64,000 bases of DNA from Spirochaetia bacterium (GTDB taxonomy: Bacteria > Spirochaetota > Spirochaetia > CADAEX01), in NCBI GenBank assembly GCA_963662265.2, contig CAXXHA010000010.1:311518-375517 (forward strand), read 5' to 3'. Below the pieces are notes generated by a model. That model did no database searches. It saw only the letters and a program-made list of their open reading frames with translations, and was not told the DNA's origin. Position 1 is the stretch's first letter; every line of letters starts with the position of its first letter. Positions 20,415-29,843 of this stretch are shown piece by piece. The translations under genes were made by a program, and so were the position numbers.

Positions 20415-20584
20415 GTTGCAAAACTTGTTTTACAACAACTCAGAGACATTCGTTTACGAATGTGCTCGCAAAGACAGAGACTTTCTCGAAGAGAAAGTGC
20501 TCGAATAATGCCAAAAACAAAGTTTTTGACATAGCGAAAGGGACTTCCCTGGAGGAAGTGCCCGAAAGCAATCACTAAGTGATT
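20415..20584 (-). repeat. Cluster of six hairpins, three sharing a GRGCAC...GTCYC bulged base
   Basis: GAGCAC-ATTCG/CGAAT-GTCTC, GAGCAC-TTTCTC/GAGAAA-GTCTC and GGGCAC-TTCC/GGAA-GTCCC on the minus strand. Confidence 0.6.
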
Positions 20585-20610
20585 TACCAGGCAGCTTTTG
20601 TTTTAGTGGA

Positions 20611-22449
20611 TTAAAAAATCTCCCTGATCACATCAACAGCAGACTGTATCCTTCCGAAAGGGGGACTTACCTGAACGCCTGCAATGGAAGGTCTCACAAT
20701 ATCAAGAATTTCCCTGGCAATAAGTATACCTTCACGCCTTGCAGCCTCTTTTGAATCAGCTTTTTCCATCCGCTTCATTATCTCATCAGGAATTGTAACA
20801 CCCGGAACCTCATTGTTGAGGAAGAGGGCGTTTCTGTATGATGCGAGGGGCCAGATGCCTGCAATAACAGGAAGTTTGGTTCCTTTTATCTTGTCAAGAA
20901 AGGATAAAAGCTGTTCAGGATCAAAAACAGGCTGTGTTATGAAATAATCTGCTCCCGCTTCCGCCTTTTCATATGCTCTCTCAATTTCCCGATCAAGACC
21001 TGTTGTTACAGGGTTTGCTCCTGCCCCGATTACAAAAGAGGTGGGCTCAGGAAGTTCTTTTCCTCCGAGATCTATGCCGCAGTTCAGTCTTTTTGCAAGA
21101 GAAATAAGACCCACAGCATCCACGTCAAACACACCTGTAACATCAGGATAGTTTCCAACCTTGGGAGGATCTCCGGTAATTATGAGGAGGTTTCTAAGCC
21201 CTGCCGCCTGACATCCGAGGAGTTCAGCCTGAAGCCCTATAAGGTTTTTATCCCTGCAGCATATATGTGGTATAGTCTCAACTTCCGCCTTTCTTTCAAT
21301 TTCTATTGCAGTTACTGTCACGGAAACACGGGAAGATGCTCTAGGTCCGTCAGGAAGGTTTATGCATAATACGCCACTTTCCTTAGCCTGGGCTGATTTT
21401 TCTATTATACCTGAAAGATCAGATCCTATGGGAGGAACAAGTTCTATAGTAGCAACCCATTTATTTTCTGAAAGAGCCTTTCCAAGAGCCGATCTTTCTG
21501 CAAGAGGAACTGCTTCCCTGATATCCCCTTCAATCTCAGAACTTTCGATTACTCCCTTCCTGAATCCTGAATCTATTGAAAGCACCATCTGAGCGGCTTT
21601 TTTAATATGCTCAGGAGTTGTTCCGCAGCATCCCCCGATGACGGACGCTCCAGCTTCATAGAATTTAAGAGCATAATTCCCGAAATATGCAGGAGAAGCA
21701 AGATACATGTTTCTGTTGTCAATTTCCCGCGGCAGGCCTGCATTCGGCATGACTGAAACCGGTTTTGAAACATGCGGCTTGACAGCCATCAGAATTTCGA
21801 GAAGATGATCAGGTCCAACAGCGCAGTTGATTCCCAGAACATCGATGGAAGTTTCCTTGTTAAGCCTCTTGGCAGCTCCCGGAGCTTCCTTCTGGTATTC
21901 CTCAAGGTTTAGAGGGCCCATGGAAAACTGTGCCTGGACAGGCATATCGGGATTCAGTCTTTCGGCAACACGCGATGCCAGAATAAGTTCATCAATATCT
22001 CTGAATGTTTCAAAAACAAGAAGATCAATATCCTCTTTCATGAGTGAGGAAATCTGGGCTTCAAAAGCTTTTTCAGCAGTTTTTCTGTCTATCTTTCCGA
22101 ACGGGGCAAGCCTTTCCCCCAGAGGACCGACTGAACCGGCAACATATATATCATCACCGGCTGCCTCGCGTGCAATTCTTACAGATGCCCTGTTAATCTC
22201 CTCAACCTTATCATCAAGCTGATAAGTCTTCAGTTTAACCGGATTTGCACCGAAACTGTTTGTTTCGATAACATGGGATCCGGAAGCAATATACTTATTG
22301 TGAATATCCCTGACCAGGTCAGGATTTGATATTGACAGTTCCTCAAAACAGCTGCTCAAAGGAACACCTGCTTCATAAAGCATTGTTCCCATTGCACCGT
22401 CAAAAAGGACAATATTTTCTTTAACTCTTTCAATATAATTTATTCTCAA
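20611..22449 (-). CDS. Bifunctional homocysteine S-methyltransferase / methylenetetrahydrofolate reductase (YitJ-like)
   Basis: DGAMGT, GINCAVGP, GGCCGTTPEHI, followed by an MTHFR domain (PHICCRD.N, ITGDPP, FITQPVFD). Confidence 0.9.
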   Translation of the reverse strand: MRINYIERVKENIVLFDGAMGTMLYEAGVPLSSCFEELSISNPDLVRDIHNKYIASGSHVIETNSFGANPVKLKTYQLDDKVEEINRASVRIAREAAGDDIYVAGSVGPLGERLAPFGKIDRKTAEKAFEAQISSLMKEDIDLLVFETFRDIDELILASRVAERLNPDMPVQAQFSMGPLNLEEYQKEAPGAAKRLNKETSIDVLGINCAVGPDHLLEILMAVKPHVSKPVSVMPNAGLPREIDNRNMYLASPAYFGNYALKFYEAGASVIGGCCGTTPEHIKKAAQMVLSIDSGFRKGVIESSEIEGDIREAVPLAERSALGKALSENKWVATIELVPPIGSDLSGIIEKSAQAKESGVLCINLPDGPRASSRVSVTVTAIEIERKAEVETIPHICCRDKNLIGLQAELLGCQAAGLRNLLIITGDPPKVGNYPDVTGVFDVDAVGLISLAKRLNCGIDLGGKELPEPTSFVIGAGANPVTTGLDREIERAYEKAEAGADYFITQPVFDPEQLLSFLDKIKGTKLPVIAGIWPLASYRNALFLNNEVPGVTIPDEIMKRMEKADSKEAARREGILIAREILDIVRPSIAGVQVSPPFGRIQSAVDVIREIF

Positions 22450-22532
22450 ACCAATACTCCTGCTAAACTAGCTGCTGTTGCCTGTGTACTGAACAGGCGT
22501 CTATATCAAATTATAAGAATCAACCCGGATGA

Positions 22533-23075
22533 CTACATCCGTTTTTCAAGTTCATTGAGAACATTGCTGAAATCAATATTCTCCGCCTGAAAAAGAACCA
22601 TCATATGATAAATAAGATCTGCTGATTCATAAATTATTTCATCCCGGTTTTCTGCAAGTATAAGCTCAACAGCCTCTTCGCCTGTTTTCTTCCTGATTTT
22701 GGAAAGGCCTGATTTAAACAGGTGGGTAGTGTAGGATCCTTCAGGTAGTTTTTCAGATCTTTCCCTGATAGTCCTGCCAAGCCTTTCTATAACATCGGGA
22801 ACAGCAGCTTCTAAAGCTTCTCCCTTTCCGGAAGATTTATCCAAAGAAGAATCCCCTTCAACTACAGCCTCAACCCAGTCTTTCCCTTTTTTAATTTCCC
22901 TCAGCCTTAAACCTGTTGAAATATCACCATATGGAATAAGCCTTTCTGTATCCTCGTGAACAAACCAGAGAATCTTGTTTTCAAGGGATTTTTTGTATCC
23001 CTTTTCATTTGTTTTTACAATATCAATAATGTTTTTACTGCTGTCTGAAATTATCAGAGTCATTAAGTCTTTCAA
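22533..23075 (-). CDS. hisE: Phosphoribosyl-ATP pyrophosphatase with a degenerate HisI-like N-terminus
   Basis: PEGSYTTHLF..G...IRKKTGEEAVE, ESADLIYH; TTG start overlaps the hisA stop. Confidence 0.85.
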   Translation of the reverse strand: MKDLMTLIISDSSKNIIDIVKTNEKGYKKSLENKILWFVHEDTERLIPYGDISTGLRLREIKKGKDWVEAVVEGDSSLDKSSGKGEALEAAVPDVIERLGRTIRERSEKLPEGSYTTHLFKSGLSKIRKKTGEEAVELILAENRDEIIYESADLIYHMMVLFQAENIDFSNVLNELEKRM

Positions 23076-23821
23076 AAAAACACTCCATCATCTTTCTGAT
23101 ATTTATCTATCACATCCGCAAGGCTGAATTTGTTCTCATAAAATGCCTTGCCGGTAATAATCCCTGCTATTTTCCCCTTATAGCTGCTGTTTTGTGCAAT
23201 ATTTTTAAAATCATCCTCGCAGCTTATGCCACCAGATACAATAACAGGAAGGGAAGAGGCCTCTGCAATGAGAACTGTTCTCTCAGTATCAGGTCCGCTT
23301 AAGGTTCCGTCTCTTGATATATTGGTATAGATAATGCTGCAGAATCCGTATTCCCCGGCTTTAGCTGCAAGTTCAGTATCACTGATACCTGAACCCTTCT
23401 CCCAGCCGGAAACCTTGACCTCGCCGTTAAGAGCATCAATGCCTGCTATGAAATTCTTTCCGTATTTTGCAATCCATTCACCGCCGATTTCAGGATTACG
23501 CGCAAACACAGTTCCGAGAATAAGCCTGTCTATACCTATATCAAGGATCTCCCGGATATCATCATCGCCTCTTATTCCGCCCCCGAGTTCAAGAACAGCA
23601 TCAGTCTTTTTCCTGATTTCAGAAATTGTCTTTCTGTTGTCTACACCATCTCCCCTGGCCGCATCAAGGTCTACAATATGAATTCTTTTAGCACCTGCTT
23701 CTTCAAGCTGCATGGCAACATCTGCCGGGCTGTCTGAATAATTTGTCACCTGGCTGTAGTCGCCCCTGTAAAGCCTTACACATTTTCCGTCAATAATATC
23801 AATTGCAGGTATTATAAGCAT
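23072..23821 (-). CDS. hisA: ProFAR isomerase
   Basis: IIPAIDIIDGKCVRL, HIVDLDAA, GGGIR, YTNISRDGTLSG, SGGIS. Confidence 0.93.
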   Translation of the reverse strand: MLIIPAIDIIDGKCVRLYRGDYSQVTNYSDSPADVAMQLEEAGAKRIHIVDLDAARGDGVDNRKTISEIRKKTDAVLELGGGIRGDDDIREILDIGIDRLILGTVFARNPEIGGEWIAKYGKNFIAGIDALNGEVKVSGWEKGSGISDTELAAKAGEYGFCSIIYTNISRDGTLSGPDTERTVLIAEASSLPVIVSGGISCEDDFKNIAQNSSYKGKIAGIITGKAFYENKFSLADVIDKYQKDDGVFF

Positions 23822-23826
23822 TTTCT

Positions 23827-25521
23827 TTAGTCCTTCACCTTAAATCTTTTGATTTTTTTTGTTGTTGTCATTTCAAGAGCTTCGTCAAGCACTCTTATCC
23901 TTGTAATCCGCATATAGGGCTGAAGATCCTTGTTGACAGCATGAACAATTTCATTCATCCTGCCTTCAATCTCTTCGCCATTCCGGCCTATCCTGAAATC
24001 CTCGGACGGATAAATAAGAGCCTCAATTTCCTCAGTCCTATTTTTTTTGTCCTTAATATAACCTTTAACCAGAATTTGCTCAACTTCATCATACAGCTGA
24101 AACCGATCTTCTATCTCCTCGGGAAATACATTTTTACCCCCCTCCGTTACTATCAGGGACTTTTTCCTTCCTGTAAGGTAAAGATAGTTCTCTGAATCAA
24201 GATATCCAGCATCCCCGGTCAGGAAATATCCATCATCTGTCATCACCTCTTTGGTCGCTTCGGGATTTTTATAATACCCCTGCATTACAATAGGCCCTTT
24301 TATTGCTATTTCACCCCTTCCTTCAGAATCAGGATCAAGAATCTTAACATCAATTCCCGGAATAATCTTTCCGACTGATTTAATCTTGAAATGCTCAACC
24401 GGATTAAGGGCTGCAATGGGGGAGGTTTCTGTCAGGCCATAACCCTGAACAAAATCAAGACCCATCTGGTTGTAAATATTAAAAGTGGAAGAAGGGAGCG
24501 GGCCTCCCCCGCTTATACATATCCGGATACTTGAAAGCGATGCTTTATCAAGAACTGTTTTGAAAAGCTTTTTACCTATATTTACATTGAATACCCTTTT
24601 TATGAATCCGCTGAAACTCATCAGGAGTCTTAAAACCAGATAAACAGCAATACCCTTTTCCTTTATCCCCTTGAGTATTCCCTTCAGAATCCTGTTGAAA
24701 AGCATTGGAACACCCAGAAACATTGTCACATTAGCCTGTTTGAGGTCTGAAAGAATCTGCTTGACTACAAGCTTTGCCGCAAAAACAAGCTCGGCACCGC
24801 ATGCTATTGTTTCAATGAAAACAGCAAGCATTGAATATGAATGATGAAGAGGCAGGAGAGCATAAAACACATCTGTATGATAAATATTTAAATTTCCCTG
24901 TGCAAGAAGAGCATCATTTACAAAATTGGAATGGCTCAGCATTACTCCCTTGGGTATTCCTGTAGTTCCTGAAGTAAAGAGAATAGCAGCTGTATCATCA
25001 GGAGAAAGGGAAACCGGCTTTTCGGGAACTGATCCTGAAACATTGTAAACATAGTTGTCTTTGTTTTCAGAAAGTGAATATCTTACATATTCAGATTTTT
25101 TATCCATCAGGAGAGTATCATACTTTTCCTCATCAACAATAAGGAACCTGCTCTCTGAAAAACTGATGAGATTTTCCATTTCACTCTCAGACATCATATA
25201 ATCAATAGGGACAACTATTCCTCCTGCAGTAAGTACTGCAAGATATGAAACAGCCCATTCGGGAGAATTTTTTCCGGTCAGGGCAACTCTGTCCCCTTTT
25301 TCAAGGCCGGAATCAATCAGGCTTCCTGCCAGCTTATAAATTTTATCCTTTGTTTCAGAATAGGTCAGCATTTTCTCATCAGGAGTATATGCGGTAAAAC
25401 AGCGTCTTTCAGGAAATCTGGCTACAGAAATAAGAAAAAGTTCGGGAAGTGTAGGCACATCTCCTGAATAAAGTTTTCCGCGGTATTCCTCAATAAACTT
25501 AAAAGTATCATACATAAACAT
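23827..25521 (-). CDS. Long-chain fatty-acid-CoA ligase (AMP-binding)
   Basis: FTSGTTGIPKGVMLSH, QGYGLTETSP, TGDAG, GRKKSLIV..GGKNVFPEEIE. Confidence 0.9.
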   Translation of the reverse strand: MFMYDTFKFIEEYRGKLYSGDVPTLPELFLISVARFPERRCFTAYTPDEKMLTYSETKDKIYKLAGSLIDSGLEKGDRVALTGKNSPEWAVSYLAVLTAGGIVVPIDYMMSESEMENLISFSESRFLIVDEEKYDTLLMDKKSEYVRYSLSENKDNYVYNVSGSVPEKPVSLSPDDTAAILFTSGTTGIPKGVMLSHSNFVNDALLAQGNLNIYHTDVFYALLPLHHSYSMLAVFIETIACGAELVFAAKLVVKQILSDLKQANVTMFLGVPMLFNRILKGILKGIKEKGIAVYLVLRLLMSFSGFIKRVFNVNIGKKLFKTVLDKASLSSIRICISGGGPLPSSTFNIYNQMGLDFVQGYGLTETSPIAALNPVEHFKIKSVGKIIPGIDVKILDPDSEGRGEIAIKGPIVMQGYYKNPEATKEVMTDDGYFLTGDAGYLDSENYLYLTGRKKSLIVTEGGKNVFPEEIEDRFQLYDEVEQILVKGYIKDKKNRTEEIEALIYPSEDFRIGRNGEEIEGRMNEIVHAVNKDLQPYMRITRIRVLDEALEMTTTKKIKRFKVKD

Positions 25522-25546
25522 TTTCTCCTTGCATGGATTAAATCAC

Positions 25547-25719
25547 ATACACCTCCGCAAGCAGCGGGGTATATGGTTCTGTAAGGAATGGATTGTATGT
25601 CGGATTCAGGACTCAAAAACTTTATACAATCTAAATCTTACTTATTTTCAAAATTACGCAGCAAGCTACAGGTTATTACACAACCACAGGCGGGGGTATT
25701 AGGCCCGACCTGCGAATAA
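25547..25719. mobile_element. Degenerate non-autonomous IS200/IS605-type (PATE/MITE-like) remnant
   Basis: Hairpin ACCTCCGCAAGCAGCGGGGT, eroded CGCAGCAAGCT hairpin and GGGGTATTAGGCCCGACCTGCGAATAA end resemble IS200/IS605 end palindromes as I recall them; no transposase. Confidence 0.45.
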
Positions 25720-25944
25720 ACAGTTTGATTTTTCAATTATATACAAACAGACTGTTATCAGGTTTATTCAGGAATAGTCAGTTTTCCTGATATTTAATAG
25801 CCGACATTAAGGATTATAATAATCCCCTTTGCATACGTTATGATAAATACAAAAAAAATCAATAATCCGGTCTGTTGAGGCTTCTGTTTAATATGTTATA
25901 ATTAAATACCCTATTATTATACCGGATTTCCAGAAAAATAAAAT

Positions 25945-26922
25945 ATGAAAATATATATATTACCAGTAATTATTTTAACACTGATAACTCTCTATTTGGC
26001 AGGACCTGAAATTGATAAGGAAATGAAAATGCCGCAGCTCCCCGAAATAACTGATCCTCAAAAATATATAGGCGAATCTGAAGCCGGAATTCATGATATG
26101 AGACCGGGAAACAGTAAAAAAATCGTCTGGGCAGAAAAAGAGGGAGAAAAAACAGAATACTCAATCATATATATCCACGGATTTACCGCGTCACGCAGCG
26201 AAACAGCACCTCTGACAGAAATTATTGCAGAGAAGACAGGGGCAAATGTTTTTTATACAAGACTTAAAGGGCATGGCCGGTATGAACTCAGGTCACAGGA
26301 AAATGTAAATATTTCCGACTGGCTTGAAGATACGGAGGAAGCTCTTGAAATAGGGAAGATGATTGGAGAAAAAGTCCTGGTTGTTTCATGTTCAACAGGA
26401 ACCGCTCTTGCAACATGGCTTATGGAAAAACATCCTGATGATATTGAAGCAACAGTTATGATTTCTCCCAACTTTGAACCGGCAGACAGAAGAATTTTTA
26501 TCCTGTCGTATAAATGGGGTCCGGCCCTTTCAAAACTGATGGAGGGGGAAATTATCGGTGAAAAGGAGCATATAATATCACCTGAACATGCAAACAACTG
26601 GAGCTATATCTACAGGACAGATATGGTTTTTCCTGTTGTGGCTCTTCTTGAATATGTAAAATCTGTTGATTTTTCCGAAATAGATGTACCTGTGATTATG
26701 TTTTATTCCTCCAGAGATAAAATTGTAAATCAGAAAAAGACTCTCGATGTTTTTGAAGAATGGGGTACAGAAAAAAAGAAAATTACAGAGATAATGAATC
26801 CGGGCGATAAAAACTGCCATGTAATTGCCGGCGATATATTTTCACCGGAAACAACTGATTTTGCAGTACACGAAATAATTGAATTTTTAAGACAATACGG
26901 CATTATTCCTGAAAACAACTGA
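25945..26922 (+). CDS. Membrane-anchored alpha/beta hydrolase (esterase/lipase-like)
   Basis: N-terminal TM, HGFTAS, LKGHG, SCSTG nucleophile elbow, RDKIV, HVIAG. Confidence 0.8.
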   Translation: MKIYILPVIILTLITLYLAGPEIDKEMKMPQLPEITDPQKYIGESEAGIHDMRPGNSKKIVWAEKEGEKTEYSIIYIHGFTASRSETAPLTEIIAEKTGANVFYTRLKGHGRYELRSQENVNISDWLEDTEEALEIGKMIGEKVLVVSCSTGTALATWLMEKHPDDIEATVMISPNFEPADRRIFILSYKWGPALSKLMEGEIIGEKEHIISPEHANNWSYIYRTDMVFPVVALLEYVKSVDFSEIDVPVIMFYSSRDKIVNQKKTLDVFEEWGTEKKKITEIMNPGDKNCHVIAGDIFSPETTDFAVHEIIEFLRQYGIIPENN

Positions 26923-27152
26923 TATAAACTGTTTTATATACACGGCGGCATTGCCTGATCAGGAAAATAATCCTTTTTCTGCAGTTTGATAAGGATTTAT
27001 CAAAAAAACACAAATTTCATATTTTTAACACTATTCTAACAATTCATTCATTTTTTTCTAACACACCATGACAAATATATTAATCAATAGTTTAATGCCG
27101 TAATGGGCTTTTTTTAAGTCCAACTTTCTTTCTTTCTTTTTTTGAGTTCTGA

Positions 27153-27186
27153 AAACTGTACCCTTTGCCAGGGGTACAGTTTTTTT
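27153..27186. terminator. Bidirectional intrinsic terminator
   Basis: AAAACTGTACCC-loop-GGGTACAGTTTTTTTT. Confidence 0.75.
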
Positions 27187-27210
27187 ATATAAAATGTCTA
27201 AATTTCCATC

Positions 27211-27858
27211 TTATTTATCAGGAAAATAAATATTAACACAGTCGGGACATATTGTATGGGTGAATTTTGAATCAGCTTTTTTCTCAACATATTTTTCCAG
27301 GGGCCACCATTTATTATTCTCATCCCTGATTCTTCTGCAGCCGGAACAGATAGGGAGAAGAGTTTCAAGAGTTTTAACCTTCTTTAAAAGTTCATTTTTT
27401 TCCCTTAATGCTTTCTTCAGCGCCCTGTTGGTTTCCTGCTGTTTCTGTTCAGCCTTTTTTCTCTTATCAATATTGCGTGTTATTCCCACAATTTTAAGAA
27501 CATTATCATTTTCCATGAAGAATTTGGCAGAAATTTCTATCCAGACAGTAGAACCATTTTTATGATAAAGCTCAACATCCAATGAATAGGATTTATTTAT
27601 TCCTGATTCCCAGTCCTTTTTCCCTTTTTTGAAAAGAATACTTAATTTTTCATATGATTCCGGCACAATATTTTTCCTGAGTTCACTGCCTATCAATTCC
27701 TGCTGTGTAAATCCCCGAAGTTTATATATATCGGGACTGATATAAAGATATTTCAGGGCAGAGGCATCAATTACCCACACTGCATCGATGAATTTATCAG
27801 TCATTGAACGGTATTTATATTCAACAGAAGCAATCTTGCTTTCAATTTTCGAATTCAT
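27211..27858 (-). CDS. PAS-domain protein with coiled coil and C-terminal four-cysteine domain
   Basis: PAS/PAC (YISP...GFTQQELIG; KNGSTVWIE..GITRNI), then LLPICSGCRRIRD...W...E.Y...FTHTICPDC; GGAGG RBS. Confidence 0.8.
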   Translation of the reverse strand: MNSKIESKIASVEYKYRSMTDKFIDAVWVIDASALKYLYISPDIYKLRGFTQQELIGSELRKNIVPESYEKLSILFKKGKKDWESGINKSYSLDVELYHKNGSTVWIEISAKFFMENDNVLKIVGITRNIDKRKKAEQKQQETNRALKKALREKNELLKKVKTLETLLPICSGCRRIRDENNKWWPLEKYVEKKADSKFTHTICPDCVNIYFPDK

Positions 27859-28024
27859 ATTTACCTCCTCTCCGAAATAATTTATCCTGAAACAGTAATT
27901 CAGATAATCACAAGTAAAAAATAAAACATGCCTAAATTAATTCTATGATAATTTTCATGTTTTTTTACATTCTTCATGATAAAATTATTAATATTCATCT
28001 TGAACGACGGAAGAAAATCATCAG

Positions 28025-29146
28025 ATGCTTGTTAAAAAAATTCTTGCAGAAAAATCTGCCGGCTGCCTGGTCGGTGGAGCAATTGGAGATGCACTCGGAA
28101 GAGTTGTTGAATTTGTCCCTGAAAATATCATACGCCTGAAATACGGAACCCGGGGAATTACAGAGCTTCATCTGTCTGGCGGAAAAGCAAGATTTACAGA
28201 TGATACCCAGTTGAGCCTTTTCACAGCAGAGGGCCTTTTGAGAATGCATACCAGAAAAATAATGAAAAGAGTAAATCCGTCATATGAAGTGATGCTGAGA
28301 TCATACCACAGATGGATAATTACCCAGAACGGCGGGATATTTACAGGGACAGGATCTATTTACAAGAATATGAACCAGAAGCAGATTGATGCTGTTCTTG
28401 ATTCAGGATTCCTTGTCAACAAGGTGGAACTCAACAGGATGAGAGCTCCGGGGCGGACATGTATTAATGCACTCAGCAGCGGGGAAATGTTCAGCTTCAA
28501 AAATCCCCCAAACAGCAGCAAGGGCTGCGGTTCGGTGATGCGGGCAGCTCCGGCTGGTATTTATTTCCACCGGGAACCGGAAAAAGCCTTTATATCAGGG
28601 TGCAGGCTCGCAGTCCTGTCGCACGGCCATCCTACAGGGTATATAACAGCCGGCACTTTTTCCATGCTGATTGCGCTGATTATCAGCAAAATACCTCTTA
28701 TTAATGCTGTGAAAAAGACTATATCATACCTCAAGGCAGACTGCCTCAAGCTGGATTTTATCAATCCCGGAAACACATATGAAACACAAAGAGCACTGGA
28801 GAATTCCCTTGCTCTTTATGAAAACCGCAACCCTGAAAAAATTTCATTTACATCTCTCGGGGAGGGCTGGACAGCAGAAGAAGCCCTGTCTATAGGGATT
28901 TTCTGCGCCCTTGTTAATCAGGAAAATTTTGAACAGGGGATAATCACCGCTGTAAACCACTCGGGTGACAGCGATTCAACAGGCAGTATCTGCGGAAATA
29001 TTCTTGGAGCACTCAACGGACTGAACTGCATTCCCGAAAATTATAAAATGCAGATAGAACTTTATCCAATGATGTGTGAAATAGCGGAAGACCTGATATG
29101 CAGTGGAGTTACTGAAGATTTTCAGAAAAAATACCCAGGATGGTAG
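28025..29146 (+). CDS. ADP-ribosylglycohydrolase (DraG/ARH family)
   Basis: GGAIGDALG, FTDDTQ, SKGCGSVMR, SHGHP, GDSDSTG. Confidence 0.92.
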   Translation: MLVKKILAEKSAGCLVGGAIGDALGRVVEFVPENIIRLKYGTRGITELHLSGGKARFTDDTQLSLFTAEGLLRMHTRKIMKRVNPSYEVMLRSYHRWIITQNGGIFTGTGSIYKNMNQKQIDAVLDSGFLVNKVELNRMRAPGRTCINALSSGEMFSFKNPPNSSKGCGSVMRAAPAGIYFHREPEKAFISGCRLAVLSHGHPTGYITAGTFSMLIALIISKIPLINAVKKTISYLKADCLKLDFINPGNTYETQRALENSLALYENRNPEKISFTSLGEGWTAEEALSIGIFCALVNQENFEQGIITAVNHSGDSDSTGSICGNILGALNGLNCIPENYKMQIELYPMMCEIAEDLICSGVTEDFQKKYPGW

Positions 29147-29219
29147 ATTGTTTTAATTATAAATAATTATTTTAAAAAGCTGAAAATACAATTCTCAGAG
29201 CTTCCTGCCTCAATAATTC

Positions 29220-29825
29220 TTATTCCTCCCCCGGAAGCTCTTCAAGAAGATCATCGGCACAGAGATCAAGCTCTACTTTCCATTCCCCCAGACGCTTGTA
29301 CCTTATTTCATCTGCCGAAGATGTAAGATCAGACCCCAGTTCCTGGTCAAAGTATCTTATTAGGAGCTGGTTCGGATATGCTTCGGGGCGGATTTTTCTC
29401 AGGATTTTCGCGGCAGTTTTTTCAGAACCGGTAATCATATAAAGATATCCGAGAGCAACAGCTGTTGACCGGGAAATACCCTGCCAGCAGTGTATCGTAT
29501 AACCGGAAGCTTCGTTACTTGTCTTTTTAAAGAAAGAAATCATTTTTTTAACATCACTGCGGCGGGGAATTCTTTTGGGATGCATATCATGTCGTAAATG
29601 TTTCCTGCATTCAACATCAAAAAAAGAGAGTCTCAATATTTTTTCAAAGGATTTTTTAAACAGCTCGGGGATCAGGCAGTCTTCCATTTTCGGATGAAAA
29701 TAAAGATGGGGATTCCCGATTGATATGAGATGTGTATGGTGAAATTTTCCCGCAGATATATATTCCTCCAGTTCTCTCTGGCCGAATACCTGTATTTTGC
29801 CTGCAGCCTGTATGCTTTTTCCCAT
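29220..29825 (-). CDS. Cys-dependent protein-tyrosine/dual-specificity phosphatase-like protein
   Basis: HLISI, LRLSFFD, HCWQGISRSTA (CX5R P-loop), RPEAYPN. Confidence 0.85.
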   Translation of the reverse strand: MGKSIQAAGKIQVFGQRELEEYISAGKFHHTHLISIGNPHLYFHPKMEDCLIPELFKKSFEKILRLSFFDVECRKHLRHDMHPKRIPRRSDVKKMISFFKKTSNEASGYTIHCWQGISRSTAVALGYLYMITGSEKTAAKILRKIRPEAYPNQLLIRYFDQELGSDLTSSADEIRYKRLGEWKVELDLCADDLLEELPGEE

Positions 29826-29843
29826 AACAAGCCTTTAATATTG

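Noticed and set aside
20384-20578. 64-aa ORF between the MCP and methyltransferase genes
   Set aside because: It starts right after a terminator, lacks an RBS, and is better explained by the hairpin array.
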